Under the pieces are notes generated by a model, which was given only the letters and a program-made list of their open reading frames with translations, did not search any database and was not told the DNA's origin. The position numbers and the translations under genes are program-made. A stretch of DNA of 58,641 nucleotides, the filler included, from Basidioascus undulatus (Eukaryota), in the NCBI GenBank assembly GCA_000826855.1. It is 3 parts of 3 records of this genome, joined end to end, with 100 filler letters (N's around TTAATTAATTAA, not from the genome) between each part and the next. Parts side by side here need not be neighbours in the genome. Positions count along the whole stretch, not along the records: positions 1 to 19,485 come from JTLS01000415.1; 2 more parts are not named here. The stretch is one strand, 5' to 3'. Below are positions 1 through 13,241 of this stretch, piece by piece; the stretch's first letter is position 1; each line of letters opens with the position of its first letter.

Positions 1-115
1 GGGGCGGGTGCATGGCGGCGGGTCCAGGACCGGGCATGGCTGGGTAGGCGCCTGGCTGGGGTGGAGTATAGCCTGGCATTGCGCCGGGGTATCCGGCTGC
101 TGGGCGGGGGATCAT
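1..115 (-). CDS. 5' end of a Pro/Gly/Tyr/Met-rich protein (partial, runs off window)
   Basis: ATG at 115 reads MIPRPAAGYPGAMPGYTPPQPGAYPAMPGPGPAAMHPP, open to the window edge; head-to-head with the HEATR5 gene about 225 bp away. Confidence 0.6.
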   Translation of the reverse strand, partial: MIPRPAAGYPGAMPGYTPPQPGAYPAMPGPGPAAMHPP

Positions 116-340
116 CGTCGATAATAATGGGTGCAAGTGTTTGATGAGAGACGCGTTAAGGAGGCTGGGAGTCGCGTCTCTCAGGGCCCGATGGCAAGTC
201 GGCGATTGTGGCTTTCATTTCGGAGATTGTGGGATGCTAGCCTCCAGGCTACGCGTGATGGCCAGCTTGCGAGGGTGTCTTCCTCGTATCTCACACTCAT
301 CATCGGCTCGGTAATCCCGAGTTCCATGGTACCGCACACG

Positions 341-3300
341 ATGGCGGATAAACCGCAGGATGCTGGTTCCGGGGTACCATTACATATTGACGAGGTGCGA
401 TCACAGTGAACCACGGAAGCACTCCCACAGAGCTCACCGCCTGCTGCCCCTTCGCTCCATCTCACACAGGCCAAGCTCGCCTCAGAGTCGGGCTCGCTAT
501 ATGCGCTACAATTCCTAGCCCAGATGTCTAAGGACCTCTTGACTATCGATGAGGTGTGTGTGCTTTGAGTCTTCGTATCAAACCAGCTCACCCTCCCACA
601 GTCCGCCCTCAAAGCCGAGCAGCCCGCGCTCACAGCGACCCTCCTCAAGCTCGTCACCCACGCCGACCCAGCCTGGCCAGTCGCAGGCCGCTCGCTGCGC
701 AACCTCGCGGCCAAGTGCCTCGCCGCGCTCTACCGTCGCGGCGAGACGCGCAGCCTCTTTGATGATATGCACGCGCTGCTCCGGGTCGTGGGGGACTTGA
801 AGGCGTCGGGGGAGGCGAGGCTGTGAGTTGAAGTGCATTCTCTCGGCCATGCGTGGGAGTCTTGGAATGCGGGAGGATGGGTCGTGCTGCCTGTTTTAGG
901 CGCTGGCAGTCAGGCACAGCGAGGACTGCGCGCTGACACCCTGTCCTCCCAGACCGGCGTGGTACTGCATCGGGGAGGTCATGCTCGAGTTTGGCTCTGA
1001 AGTGTGTTCCTCTTTAATCACCATCCACTACTTCACCTCACCCTTCTCCATAGGTCATGTCCCAGTTCAGCGAGGTCGTCGTGCAGGGGATCAAGACGCT
1101 GAAAGCCTCTTCCCAAGTGCGCTGTGTCTCCCCATCTACCCCCCACCTCCTCTGACACGCTGCGCAGTCCGTCATCATCCGCTCCCAAGCCGTCGTTGCC
1201 GTCTCCAAGTCGCTCACTTCCGCCGGCCGCGCGCTGTCCGACCACCTCGCCAAGGACCTCCTCAAGCAGCTGCGGAACGGGCTGTCAGACAAAGCCCTTC
1301 CCGTCCAACGAGCATGCGCAGATGTACGCGTCTCCCTCCTCTCCCCACCCAACCCCTCTCATACCCCCCACAGTGCCTCCTCTCCCTCGCCTCCCACACC
1401 CCCTACCTCTCCACACTCCCAGACATCGAGTCCCTCCTCGCGCTCTGCATCAAAGCCCTCGACGGGGCGGACCAGCCGACGCGCCGCGCGCTCTCCTCGC
1501 TTATGGCGCACCTCCTCGCGTCCAGCCAAGTCGAGGGCTCGGCTGCGTCTGCGGCGGACGCGCCCAGGCCCTCAGGCGCAGGCGACGACGACCCGTACCC
1601 GTCCACGTCGACCGCCGCGCGCGACGAGGGCGCCAAGACGCTCCTCTCCCCGTCCGCGATGCTCCAGCAGCTCTCGGTGCCGTTCAACCGACCGCAAACG
1701 ACGCGCAAGACCCGCAACGCCCTCATTGACGTCTACGCTACCCTGCTCTCCCTCCTCGGCACCGCCTACGTCGAGGCCCACTATGGGACGATCGTCGCCC
1801 AGCTCCTAAACGAAGTCGCGAGCTCCCCGCGGAGCACGTCGACGCGGCACGAGGCGCTCGCGATGCGCGAGCTTGTCGGCGTCCTCCTCCGCGACCTGAT
1901 CGGCGTGCGCCTCCTCAGCGAGCAGGGCCAGATCACAGCCATCAGCGAGCTCGGCTCGGCATACCTCGCTAAGTGGCCGGCCCTCCTCCCCGGGCAGACC
2001 GAGCCGCATAAGCAGGCGCTCATCATCGCCCTGGGCGAGGTCGCCGGGCTGCTGCAGCAGCTCGGGAACGCGCCGCAGCCGGTCCAAGACGTGCTGTACG
2101 AGCCGCTCGTGCGCCTCCTCGCGCACCCGAGCTTCTCAGTCCAGATCGCAGCCGCCCGCGCACTCCGCGACTTGTGCTGCTCCACCCCGTCCCGCCTCCC
2201 CACGACGCTCACGCATACGCTTGACCTCCTCTCCTCGAACCTGACAAACCTCGCAACGCCGGGTGCGCCGGCGGACCTGGCGCACCGCGCGCTGGGCCAC
2301 GCGCACGCGCTCGCAGCCCTCCTCAACGCCGTGCCCTCCCGCCAGCTCTACGTCTCACTCGCGGTCTCCACGCGCATCTTCGACCTTGCGATCTTCCTCC
2401 TTAAGTCCGCAGGCGAGCACGACCTCCCTGTCGCGAGTGTCGAGATCCAGGTCGCATGGACGCTCGTCGGCGCGCTCATGAGCCTCGGCCCGCATTTCGT
2501 CCGGCTGCACCTCCCGCAGCTGCTCGTCCTCTGGCGGAACGCGCTTCCCAAGCCCACCACCCCGCACGTCGCGCGCGCGGACGCGGAGTGGGCGTTCCTG
2601 ATGCACGTGCGCGAGTGCGCGCTCACCGCCGTCCTCGCCTTCCTGCGGCACAACGCCTCCCAGCTCGTCACGCTCGACGTCTCGCGCCGGCTCCTCGCGC
2701 TCCTCAACCACTCCCTCGCGTTCACGAACGCCTTCGCCGCGTCTCACGCCGAGCTCATCCAAGAGCAGATGCCGTCCGGCTCGGCCGCCCCCGGCCGCCT
2801 CACCCTCCTCGACAGGGACGTCATGCTCCGCCGCCGCGTGTTCCAGTGCTACACCGCCCTAGGCCAGGCCCCCGCGACGGAGGCCCTCCAGGCGGGCCTC
2901 GTCCAGGCCGCGCTTGCAGTCTTCGCCGACCCCGAGAGGTACACGGGCTCGGCAGCCCAGGCCGCCATCGCGGCGTCTGCTGGGACGTTCAAGTCCATCT
3001 GGGACGTCTGGGACGGGTACAGCTACGGCGTCACGAGCTTGCAGGAGCGTGCGGCGACGCGGATCGCCGAGTCGGAGGAGGACAAGCGGGCGAGGACGGA
3101 CTGGCTGAACAGGGATCGGATTGAGCTGCAGATCGACAGCCAGGTATGTGTCTCTGCTTCCTGAGCGGATGCTTCAGCAGCTTTGACTCAGTCTGGTGGG
3201 TCGGGGTTGCTCCAGCTCCGAAGACCCGTCATCGGCGCAACGGAACACGACGTCCTATCGCTATACGCGCGCGCCCCGACCCAGTCCGACGCGAACGCGG

Positions 3301-6300
3301 TCTGCGCCGAGCCCCCGCCGCCCGCGACCGGCCTCGTTGACGCCGCGCTCGAGCTGTTCGCGCTCGTCCTCCCGACGCAGGACGCAGACGCGCAGACGCT
3401 GACGCTCGAGCGGCTGAGCGCGTGCGTGCGCACGGGCAAGCTCGAGCGCAACCCCGGCAGGAAGTCGGCCATTCTGGTCAACGCCGTCGTCGCCCTGCTC
3501 GGCGCGCTCAGGCATACGTCCGTCGCGGCCCGCAGGGCGAGGGAAAGCATCGCGAGCGCAAGGGTCAGCGCGCTGATTAGCTCGTTACTTAAGGTGCGGG
3601 TTTCTTTTAAATGCTACTGGATAAGAGGAACAGCGGATTAATTTGGAGTATACAGGACGCGATTCTTTCGGACGACCCGAGTCTACGCTTTGCGGGAAGT
3701 GAGGCGCTCGGCCGCTTGGCGAGCATCGCCGACACGCCGTTCATGACCGCGCAGGTCCAGTTCCTAGTCGACCAAGTCGTAAGCAACCGCGATCCGGACG
3801 CGCGCGCAGGGTGCGTGCTCGCGTTTGGTGCGATCTACAGCCGCGTTGGCGGGCTTGCCGCAGGCCCGCTGCTCAAGACGATCGTCAACATCCTCATGTC
3901 TCTCAGCGCGGACCCGCACCCGGTCGTGCATTATTACGCGCTCGACGCGCTCGCGACGGTCATCGACGCCGCGAACCTCGGCTACGCGCCGTATCTGCAC
4001 AGCACGCTCGGGATGCTCGCCAAACTGTACTCCCTCGAGTCGCACGAGCCCGAGGGCGGCTCGCTCGCGAGCGCCAACGTCCGCGGGGATCTCCCCGCGT
4101 ACCAGGCCGCGTGCAAGATCATCGACGCCGCGATCGGCGTGCTCGGGCCCGAGCTCAGGGACGAGTCCAAGGTCCGCGCGCTCGTCCTCACGCTTGTCGA
4201 GCAGTTCTCGGACGAGGCGGACGAGGGCATCGCTGTCGAGGCCATCAAGTGCCTGCACCACTTTGTCATGTTCGCGCCCGAGCACGCCGACATCCCCGCG
4301 CTCATCCAAAACTTTCGCTCCCACCTCTCGTCCACGCGCCGCCCACTGAAGATCGCAGCCATCAACGGCTTCTACCAGCTCGTCCAGCGCAACGTTGCAC
4401 TCATGTCCAAGCTCGGCGGCGACCGCCTCGTCGAGGACCTGTTCGGCCTCCTCGACGACGACCCGAGCATCGACGGCGTCCGGCACGCGATCCTCAGCTG
4501 GCTCAAGCAGACGGCCGAGCTCAACCCGTCGGGGTGGATCGACCTCTGCCAGCGCATCATGGCACGTACGACCGCCTCGCAGCAGGCCGTGCAGACCGGG
4601 CCGGCGGCAGGGGGTATCAGGGACGAGGAGGTCGAAGGCCTCGGGGTCGAGTACACCGGCGGCGGGGGCGTCGCGCTCGGCGGCTCGGGCAAGGCAGCCC
4701 GCCTCACGTCCCGCTGGCGCACGCAGCTCTTCGCGCTTCAATGCTTGCACCAGGTCTTCCTCTGCGTCGTCGCGGGCGGCCGGAGGGAGCACTTCGACCT
4801 CTCGCTCGCGCGCGCATCGCGCGCCAACCCCCGCGCGCTCCTCATCAGCCGAGTCGCGGACCTCATCAAGATGGCGTTCACCGCGTCCACGGCGCAGATC
4901 ACCGAGATCCGTCTGGAGGGCCTCGTGCTACTGAGGGATGTTATTGAGGTGAGCCTGCGGCACACTACGAACTTTCGAGGGCCAGCTGACTTGGTATCTC
5001 CTACAGAACTTCGCGCGCTCGCCCGACCCGGACTTCGAGGACGCGCTGCTGCTCGAGCAGCACCAAGCGCCAATCGCCGCGGCGCTCACTCCTGCCTTCG
5101 CCGCCGACTCAACGCCAGAGATCCTCGCTGCTGCCATCCAAGTCAGCGCGGTCTTCGTCGGGTCCGGCGTTATCAAGGAGGTCCCGAAGATGGGCAGGAT
5201 CTTGAAGCTGTTGACCAACGCGCTCGAGCAGTGCAAGGGTGAACTGGACAGCCCGCATGCACACATGGTGCGAGCCGCTGACGCCCCAAAATCATCAGCG
5301 TCGGACATGTCTTCCCTCGGCGAGGTCAAGAACCTGAGCGGCAACGCGGTGACGATGCTCAAGATTTCGACGTTCACCGCGTGGGCGGAGCTTGCGACGG
5401 CGGCCGCCACTCAGCCGTACCTCGACAAGGTCCTCGAGCCGTACCTGCCCACCCTCGCCCCGGTCTGGGTCGACTTGCTCCGCGAGTACGCGCGCACACG
5501 CACAGACCCGGAGGCCTCGTCGGCACTGCCCGGTGCGGCCGACTTGTCGTACGCTGGCTTGGCTCGCGAGGTCATCCTTCCGGTGCGCCCATTCCTGTCA
5601 GATCTCTTAACGATTCTTGGGCTGATGAAACAGCACCGGCAGTACTACGAGCGCTCGTGGATCGCCATGCTGCACGCCCTGGCTGCGACTTTCCAGACGT
5701 CTCACCCGCTCGCCCTGCAGGCGATGGGTGCCGACGAAGAGCCCAAGCCCGCGCTCGCGAACGGTACCGCCGCGCGACAGCACCCCGCGCCGCTCTTCTG
5801 GGCGGTGTATGGCCTGACGTACGAGGTGCTCGCGGCGGACGACCGGACCGAACTGCGCGCGTCGGTCGCGCTCCTCGCGCTCAATGGCCTCCTGCAGTCT
5901 GACTGCGCGGGCTCGGCGATCCTCGAGGACGGAGTGTTCGCCGAGTTCTGCAGCCTAGCGCACCGCCTCGGCGTCGCGGATTCGTTCCGCGTCCAGAAGC
6001 TCGTGGTCGGGGTCATCGCCGGCTTCGTCAAGAGCTACGGTGCGCAGCTTGCGGAGTTATCTGTGTGCGTTTTGCGAGGTTGGCTGCGCACTTGGAGTCG
6101 CTGACCCCGGCGTTGTCGTGTAGCACCAACGGCTCCGCGAAAGCGTCGCTCCCAGTTGACGCCAAGCTCACGCAATGTCTGCGCATCATCGCCGTTATGC
6201 TCCGCCAGGCCATCCCGTCTCGCGATGCTTCAAGTGAGTCCTCAATCGAGCTTTGGTTGTGGCCGTCTCCGTATTGACTTTTGCCTCAGCTTCTCGCCGG

Positions 6301-7508
6301 GATCGCCCCGAAGATCGCGCCGCGCTCGTCAAAGCTGCCTTCGCCGCATACTGCGACATTGCCAACGTCTTTGCGGCAGACCTGCGACCCGATCTCTTTG
6401 CGGTCGGCCTTCAAATATATGCCGGTATGTCATGCGACGGATGCGAGATCCAGAGATGCAGAAACTGATTCATCAGCTGCTTTACCTGCACAGATATCCT
6501 GAAGGACGAGACGCCCGGGCTCGACCTGCCTGGCCAGACGCTTGCGTGCTTGAAGCTGGTGCTCGAGAACGCCGTCGCCGCGCAACGAGATGCGGACGGC
6601 GTCCTTGGCAAGACGATTCATGGCTTCCTCTCTGCCGCGCTGCAGAACATGGACGACATGCGGTAAGCGGTTACTGCAGATTGAGGGCTTCTCTCTCTGA
6701 CATGCTTCCTCTCACAGAACACGAGCCGGGCCGGTCGCAACTGCGAAGATTAAGGGAAACCTGCTCGCAGCCGTTCTTGTCATCACGAGCTTTCCGCCGT
6801 CGATCAAGCTCAGCCGTGCGGTGCTCGAGCACTGCTCCTACGTTATTACGCAGAAGCTGGATGCCGAGCCGGAGGTTTGTTCTTTTTCATCACGCTTGTA
6901 CTCACGAGCTTATCTGACCTGCCCGCCCTGCCCCAGGTCGCAATGGTCGCGGCGCAATGTGCCAAGACGCTGATCGCAGCGTCCGGCCGGGGCAATCCCA
7001 CCCTGCTCTTCTGCGTCAGTCAGTTGATCCCAGGCCTTGTTCGATTCCTCGCATCTACTGCTCGCTCTGTAAAGCAACCGGAGAAGACGAACTTTCGGGC
7101 CAACGTGGCAGAAGAAGCGCTCAAAGCGCTTCTCAACCTTTTCACCATCTCCTCGGAACAGCAACGTGCGTCGTCCCCCTTTATCTTCTCGCCAGCTCTC
7201 TTCCCTAATGCCGTCTATCCCTAGGCCCCATCCTTCTCGGCATCCTTCTCCCGACTTTCATCCTGTTCCTCTCTCCGGAAGCATCCTCCCCTTCGCCGTT
7301 GCACGCCATCGCCGTTACCCTCCTTCTTCAACTCGCCACCCAGGCGCCCGGACCCTTCCGCGAGGCAACCACAGCCCTCGCAGAGGACCAGCGGATTATA
7401 CTCGAGACATCTATTCGACAAGCGGTCACAGGCGGGCGGCCGGGCGCGCCAGCACCGCCCACGCGACAAAGTTCCGCGCCTGCTATATCTCTCAAAAGCT
7501 TTGGCTAA
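341..7508 (+). CDS. LAA1: HEAT repeat-containing protein 5 / Laa1-like AP-1 accessory protein (multi-exon)
   Basis: Long HEAT-repeat exons with HEATR5 hallmark motifs: HLPQLLVLWRNALPK, NPGRKSAILVN, RAGCVLAFGAIYSRVGGLAAGPLLKTIV, SRWRTQLFA, DLIKMAF, DPDFEDALLLEQHQA, and a C-terminal ISLKSFG. About 15 GT-AG introns. Confidence 0.9.
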
Positions 7509-8137
7509 ACGTGACTTTGTTTCCCTTGCCCTGTTTTGTGCTGTTGTACGCATGATACCATATACTGCATCGCATGCTTCTGTGAAGTCATAGGCCTTGT
7601 CTTTCGAGAGGCCTGGAAGCACATCGCCATTGGCAGAGCGACCAAGGGCGCTTGACCACGAGAGTTGTGGCGTCGTATTTTTTCGACGCAAGTTCGCTAT
7701 GGGAAGAAACTGCAATGTCTGCGTCGTGATGAGTTGAGAGTCCTATTAGGTTGCGTAGCTGAAAGGAGATGAGTCAACTGAGCAGTGTGCTCCTCTCCTC
7801 CAGCATTTTACAAACAGGCGACATAATTGTTATACTGGGCAGAGGTCGGCACCATAAAACCATGAAACGAAGGTTGCAAAGGTCCAGGAGCGCATACCAG
7901 CGGAATCCGTGCGTTCCGTTCAGCTTGACAGACCGACCCATCTGACTTCGGACGCCGTTGCAGCCAATTTGTCTGACATTGAAACGCATCCCATAACGAC
8001 CACAGGGGCACATGAGGTCTCACATTGACCCACACCATCCCCGATGCCCCCAATCGTTTTCATTGCATCCTCCACGATCGTCAACCCTCTGCTTCACCAC
8101 TTGGTCCCCGCTTTTCTTTACCTTAATTCCACTCACC

Positions 8138-9020
8138 ATGCTGTCAGCGCCACTGCCCTGCAAGATCCAGCTCAACCACGACGTCCTTCGTCTCATCGTC
8201 GGCCAAATCCACCGCCAGTATTGCGCGCTTTTCAATGCGCCCTTGAGCGACCCTAGTCATTTCGAGGACTTCCGCATTCTTCACCGCACTCTGCTTGATC
8301 TTTCGTTTTCTAGCCGAAAGCTCCGGTCGATCGCACAGCCTCTGCTGAGCACCCGTTGTGCGGACATTCCGATGCGTGCGGGAGCATTGACGCAGGCTAC
8401 GGGGCGGCCCTCCGTCCCGTGAGCTCTGATTTTCAATCGTTCAGTTACCATCTGACTCAATATTGTCGTGCCAGTTCGTTCGCTTCGCTGTTCGTGCCGC
8501 AAGCCTGGCAAACTTCGACCTTGCGGCTTTCTATCGCTTCGTCCGCACGGTCATGCACGAGATGCAGCCCCGACGAGTCCTTGTCGACGTGTCCAAACTT
8601 GCGCTGTCTAGCAACCCGCCGGTCTCCTTATCCACTCTTCCGCCGCAGATTAAGGTGCTTATGGTCCGCGCAGGGAGCAAGGAAACCCTCACAGCAGTTC
8701 TTCGTGGACTTCAGGTTGCTAACTGGGACATCTCCACCCTTGGGTTTCATGTCTCGGAAACCTCTTGACCGACTATTTGGATCGCTTGAGCACCTCTGCC
8801 ACGTCCTCTGAAAACCCTGTTTTCGAACTATGGGGAATGGATGGGAAGCACCGAAGATGTTCTCACAGACCGTATCGTACGTCTTGTGCTCTTCCAGTTC
8901 TTATTCTGCTTTGCTACATGTTTGGGGCTCGTTTGGACAGATGATGATCACTGCGGCGCTGGAACGCTTTGTGAGTACATAATCTCGATGCTGCTTTCTC
9001 TTTTTCTGGTGGCTTAGCTT
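8138..9020 (+). pseudogene. degenerate F-box-like protein
   Basis: N-terminus LNHDVLRLIVGQI...HRTLLDLSFSSRKLRSIAQPLL matches the basidiomycete F-box-like pattern; downstream frame has in-frame stops (e.g. about 8766); 3' boundary approximate. Confidence 0.45.
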
Positions 9021-9447
9021 GGGAGTCAACGAAACAGGCACATCTCAACTTGTGTCTTTCCCTGTTCCTCTGCCGCTCATCAACAAGATGGAAGCAACCG
9101 ACCACACAGGGCAGGTACGCTATGTACCCAGCGCAGACTTCAAAGAGCTGCCTTGTGGACTGACTTGTTGTTGAACCGATAGCGCATCTATTCCATCGAT
9201 CTAGCACACGGCATCGCTGTTCTGCTACAGAAGCTCATGGCTTCACTTATTGCCAAGTTCCAGTTTGCGGCATCTCGCTATGTCAGGTGGATGTGGAACG
9301 TGTCTGGCGTGACGTGGTTCGCTAATCTTTGAGGGAGACGTGTTGCACTTCGGTGATGAGGACGGCAATACGTACAGTTTAGGCCAGGCAGCATAAAAGT
9401 AAAAGGGTGGGAGCAAGGACTTTGGTCTGCAATAATTGCATCTCAAT

Positions 9448-10002
9448 ATGCCACTTCGCACGCGATCGCGGACGTCGTCGCGCACTCGAAGGCGGGCGAT
9501 ATGTTTCGCCTCCGCGCACGCGTGATCGACTGCGACTTCGTCGAGAACCTCGAGCACGTGTACCACTTCGCGCTGCTCCTCGAGGACAAGAGCGTTGAGG
9601 ATGAGAGCGCCGCAGGGCTCCCCGTTATCGTGACCCGTCCTGGCGCGGCACGTTCTCACTCCGCATCATACCTTCTTCCTGCTTCTCTTTTCAGATCCGT
9701 GCGCGCCACAGGCCACATTACTGCCGGACCTACCTCCCGAGGACGTTTCCGGCGGCGACAACGAGCGGCTTCCGGACCGCGTGCTCGAGCTGCAGCGCCA
9801 CCTCCGACCGCTCCTCGGAGAGCAGCTAGAAGCGCACCATATCGCGATGCGCGAGAAGCGAGCGTCGGAGTGGCCGAAGGGGCCGTGGATCGACTGCCTT
9901 ATCATGTGCCTTGAGCGCGACGGCAGGCCGGAGGCAGGCGGGTCGCCCATCAAGGAGTATTTCATGTTCGGGACGCGGCTGTCGGGGGCCGTGGGTGGGT
10001 AG
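9448..10002 (+). CDS. small protein resembling the POT1 C-terminal OB fold (possible frameshift near start; GC-AG intron)
   Basis: FRLRARVID...YHFALLLED...LPVIVT|ATLLPDLP...LQRHLRPLLG...PWIDCLI...YFMFGTRL follows the fungal Pot1 C-terminal OB pattern; in-frame phase-0 intron 9648-9711. Confidence 0.55.
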
Positions 10003-10429
10003 GGCATGAGCCGGAGTTGATTCCGCTGTTGCTGTCGAGGTTTTCGCGCGCGATACATTTTCTGCATTCACGATTTCTGAACAACGTCCATGTCGACATG
10101 TTCGCCCTAGTTGGCCAGCTATAACCCAGAATTTGCCTTGAACGCAGCTTAAGTGTTCGCGTTTTCCTTAGCATGCTTCGTATCTGCACCGACGCTCAAA
10201 GTCGAAGTCGCAACCCTTTCAGCCGAATAGCCTCGGCTCCCCTGTCACCGACATGACCGCAAACAACACATCTCTTGCAGACGCAGACAGACATGCCGTG
10301 AAGCGGAGCAAGCGCCAGTAGTCCCGCGCACAGCCCCATCAATCACCCAGCGATAGTAAGCGAGTCCAAGAAGTCCATGTCCCCATCAACCCGAGACATC
10401 AACAACCGCCGTCCCATCGGCACCGTCCC

Positions 10430-12711
10430 TCAGCACCTCCTCCAGATCCCTCTCCGCAGCTCCTCCTCGCGATACTCAAACATGACCTGCACGCCGACGA
10501 ACAGGCAGGCGGCAGCGACGAGCATGAAGCGCGCGCCCTGCCACGTCCCGGCGAGCTCGTGGACGAGGTAGCGCGTCCCGTCCGTGCCGAGCACGAAGCC
10601 GACCAGGTTCGCAGCCATCATGGCCAGGACGTTGAGCACGCCGCCGAGCGCGCAGACGTGCCTATACCAGGGGCGGGAACTGTACTGTGGAGCACGCTGC
10701 GAGGTCAGAAGGGATTCAGGGAGGTGGCGGAGGTTGAGGGAACGTACCTTGGATGCAGGGAGGACACGCGAGGCAGCCATCTCGGGGAGGACGAAGACGG
10801 AGATGAGCCAGCCCCAGGTGAGGAGGCGGAGAGTGAGGTCATGCCAGAGCGCGACGAACGTGAAGACGAGCGCGGTGGACCAAATGGCGTTTTTGGTGCC
10901 TCCGAGTGGGACGTAGATGTACCTGTCAGAGACGAGAAGGCGGATGAGATCAACGTGACTTGCGCGAGAGGTGCGACGGGGGACAGGATAAATGGCGCAC
11001 CGCACGACCCAGAGGTTGTAGCTGCGGTGCCAAGCGCGCCAGAAGCCGAGGATCGAGTAGTTGTTCGCGACGCAGCGAATCATGTTCTCAGGTGGCTCAA
11101 CGCCGTCCGCGAGCGCCCAGAGGCGGAAGAAGCGCCAGGGAAGGAGAAGCTGCCGCGCTCAACCGAACCATCAGTCTTCGCCTCAGGCTGGTTCGTCGGA
11201 CCGAGGAGAAGCGCACCTTGAGCCAGACGACGATGAGGTTCCAGAAGCCGATCATGGAAAGCTGCGCGGGCGTATCGCCCTGCCACGCCGAGGCGTCCTT
11301 GATCGCGACGACGTGCATGAAGTGGAGGATGAGCTCCATCGCGAGCAGGCACGCGGCGAAGCGGAGCGCGTAGAGCGCGACGTTCTTGGGGGAGCTCGAT
11401 TGGGGACGCTTGAGCTGTGCGTGCGCGCACATCGAAGGTGAGTATTCAGATGAAGGGGAGGAACAGGATTTGGGAAAGGACAGGACGGACTTGGGAGAGA
11501 TAGTCGTTGAAAGTCATGATGGGTCCGGCGATGTAGAGCGGCGGGTAGAGCGCGTGGATGATGAAGTTCGCGAGGGAGTAGTCCTCCGGCGCGTGCGGCG
11601 TGGCCACGCGCTCGCGGTGGTTGGGCGGCGAGTCGGTCGGGGACGCGGAGCTCGAAACCTGTTCTGCGAGTGAGATAGTTCGCTGCAGGGGGGAAGAGGG
11701 GGAAGAGTTAGACGTACAGGAGGTTCTGAGGATTTGCGCGAGGCTTGGACGGCCCAGTGGTAGTCGATACTGAACGAGACGAGGCGGAGCATAGTAATGT
11801 TGAAGAAGACATTCCAGCGCATGATGCCGCGGTGGTTGTCCTGCCAGATCCCGCCATCCCCCAATTCCCCCGCATCAGTATGGTCATTGCAAGAGCACAT
11901 GATCCGAGCTCAGAAAAGAAGTCACCAGCTTCCCCAACCCGACCGCCGCAAACCGATACCCATCCAGCCAATCATTCGCGAACAGCGTCAGTACGTTCCA
12001 TGCCCAAATAGCAGGGACGGCCGCGCGCGTCCCGCCGAGCGTGCGCGCGAGGGTGTAGTTCGCCGCGAGGAGGGCGAGCGGGAAGATGGCTGCTGCGCCG
12101 TGCAGCCCGAGGAGGAAGGCGATGCACCAGAAGAGGGTGTAGGGGCGGCGGAGGGCGGGGCGGACGCGGGAGATGAGGCGCGAGGGGAGGGTGTGCAGTG
12201 CAGCGATGAGTGTGAGGAGAGGCACGTTGTCCCGGAAGGAACGGTATTGGTGGTCAGAGTTGTCCTTTGGGATTCGGGCTTGAGCTCTGGGGCTGGGCTG
12301 GGAAGAAAGGGAGCGGGGATGGGGACGCACGATCTTCCGACCCCAGATCCACCCGTCGGATAACCGACTCTGGTACCTCCAGTAATTAGGATGTGAGGCT
12401 ACCGACCACCGCACAACCTACGCACAGATAAGCTAGACGCCCTTCCATGCTCCGGCTCCATTTCCGAAAAGGAGAGACGCACGCGAGCTGAGCTGGACCG
12501 GAATCCAGACCATGACCGGCAGCGCGATGGCGAAGACAGCAGCGTACACGGCGAACTCGCGCGTGCGCCATCGGGGGGGCTGGGGTGTCCGTCGTTGCGC
12601 CGGCGGAGACCGGGAAGCAGCTTTCCCATCGCCATCGGACACGGCCAACGGGGAATACGCGTGCTGCCGCTGCGTCTCGAGCAGCGTTGGCGGGGGCGAG
12701 AGCGGGGCCAT
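10430..12711 (-). CDS. GUP1: GUP1/HHAT-like membrane-bound O-acyltransferase (MBOAT)
   Basis: [90 protein letters not shown] (catalytic His). Confidence 0.93.
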
Positions 12712-13241
12712 GCTGCCGTTGGTACTGTGCGCTGCGGTGGGGGTAGACGGGGATGGGGATGATGGAGGTATAGAGGACGATGCTTTGCGCCGGAGCATCT
12801 GCTGGAGCATCGACGCGCTGGGTCGCAGAATGAGCTGAATTGATGAGGGCGGAAGTCAGGAGGAAGAGAGAGAGCACCCTCGTGCAGTCGAGTTTCACGT
12901 GAGGCTCTGAGCGGCTGCGGCAAGCGGCGTGTTGCGTCGCCAAATTGCCGAGGATGGATGCAGCGTGACACAAACAAGAAAGACAGGCGAAATTTCAAAG
13001 TTATCGCACCTTAAAATGACTGCTGGGTTTCCTGGAAGTCCCCAGCCGGCACACTCTATGTAAGGGCCTGGGTCTCTGAATCCGTCCGCTCACAACCTGG
13101 ACGCAGAGCGTCGCAGAAATGCTAGGGTATGTATGCGAAAGGTGTGGAAATCCACTCATGAAGTCTTCCACTGAAAAATCTTCTCCAACCACCAGCCCCA
13201 CTCCGCCCATCGCTGACAGCCAGAGCTATCTCCGCCGCCGC

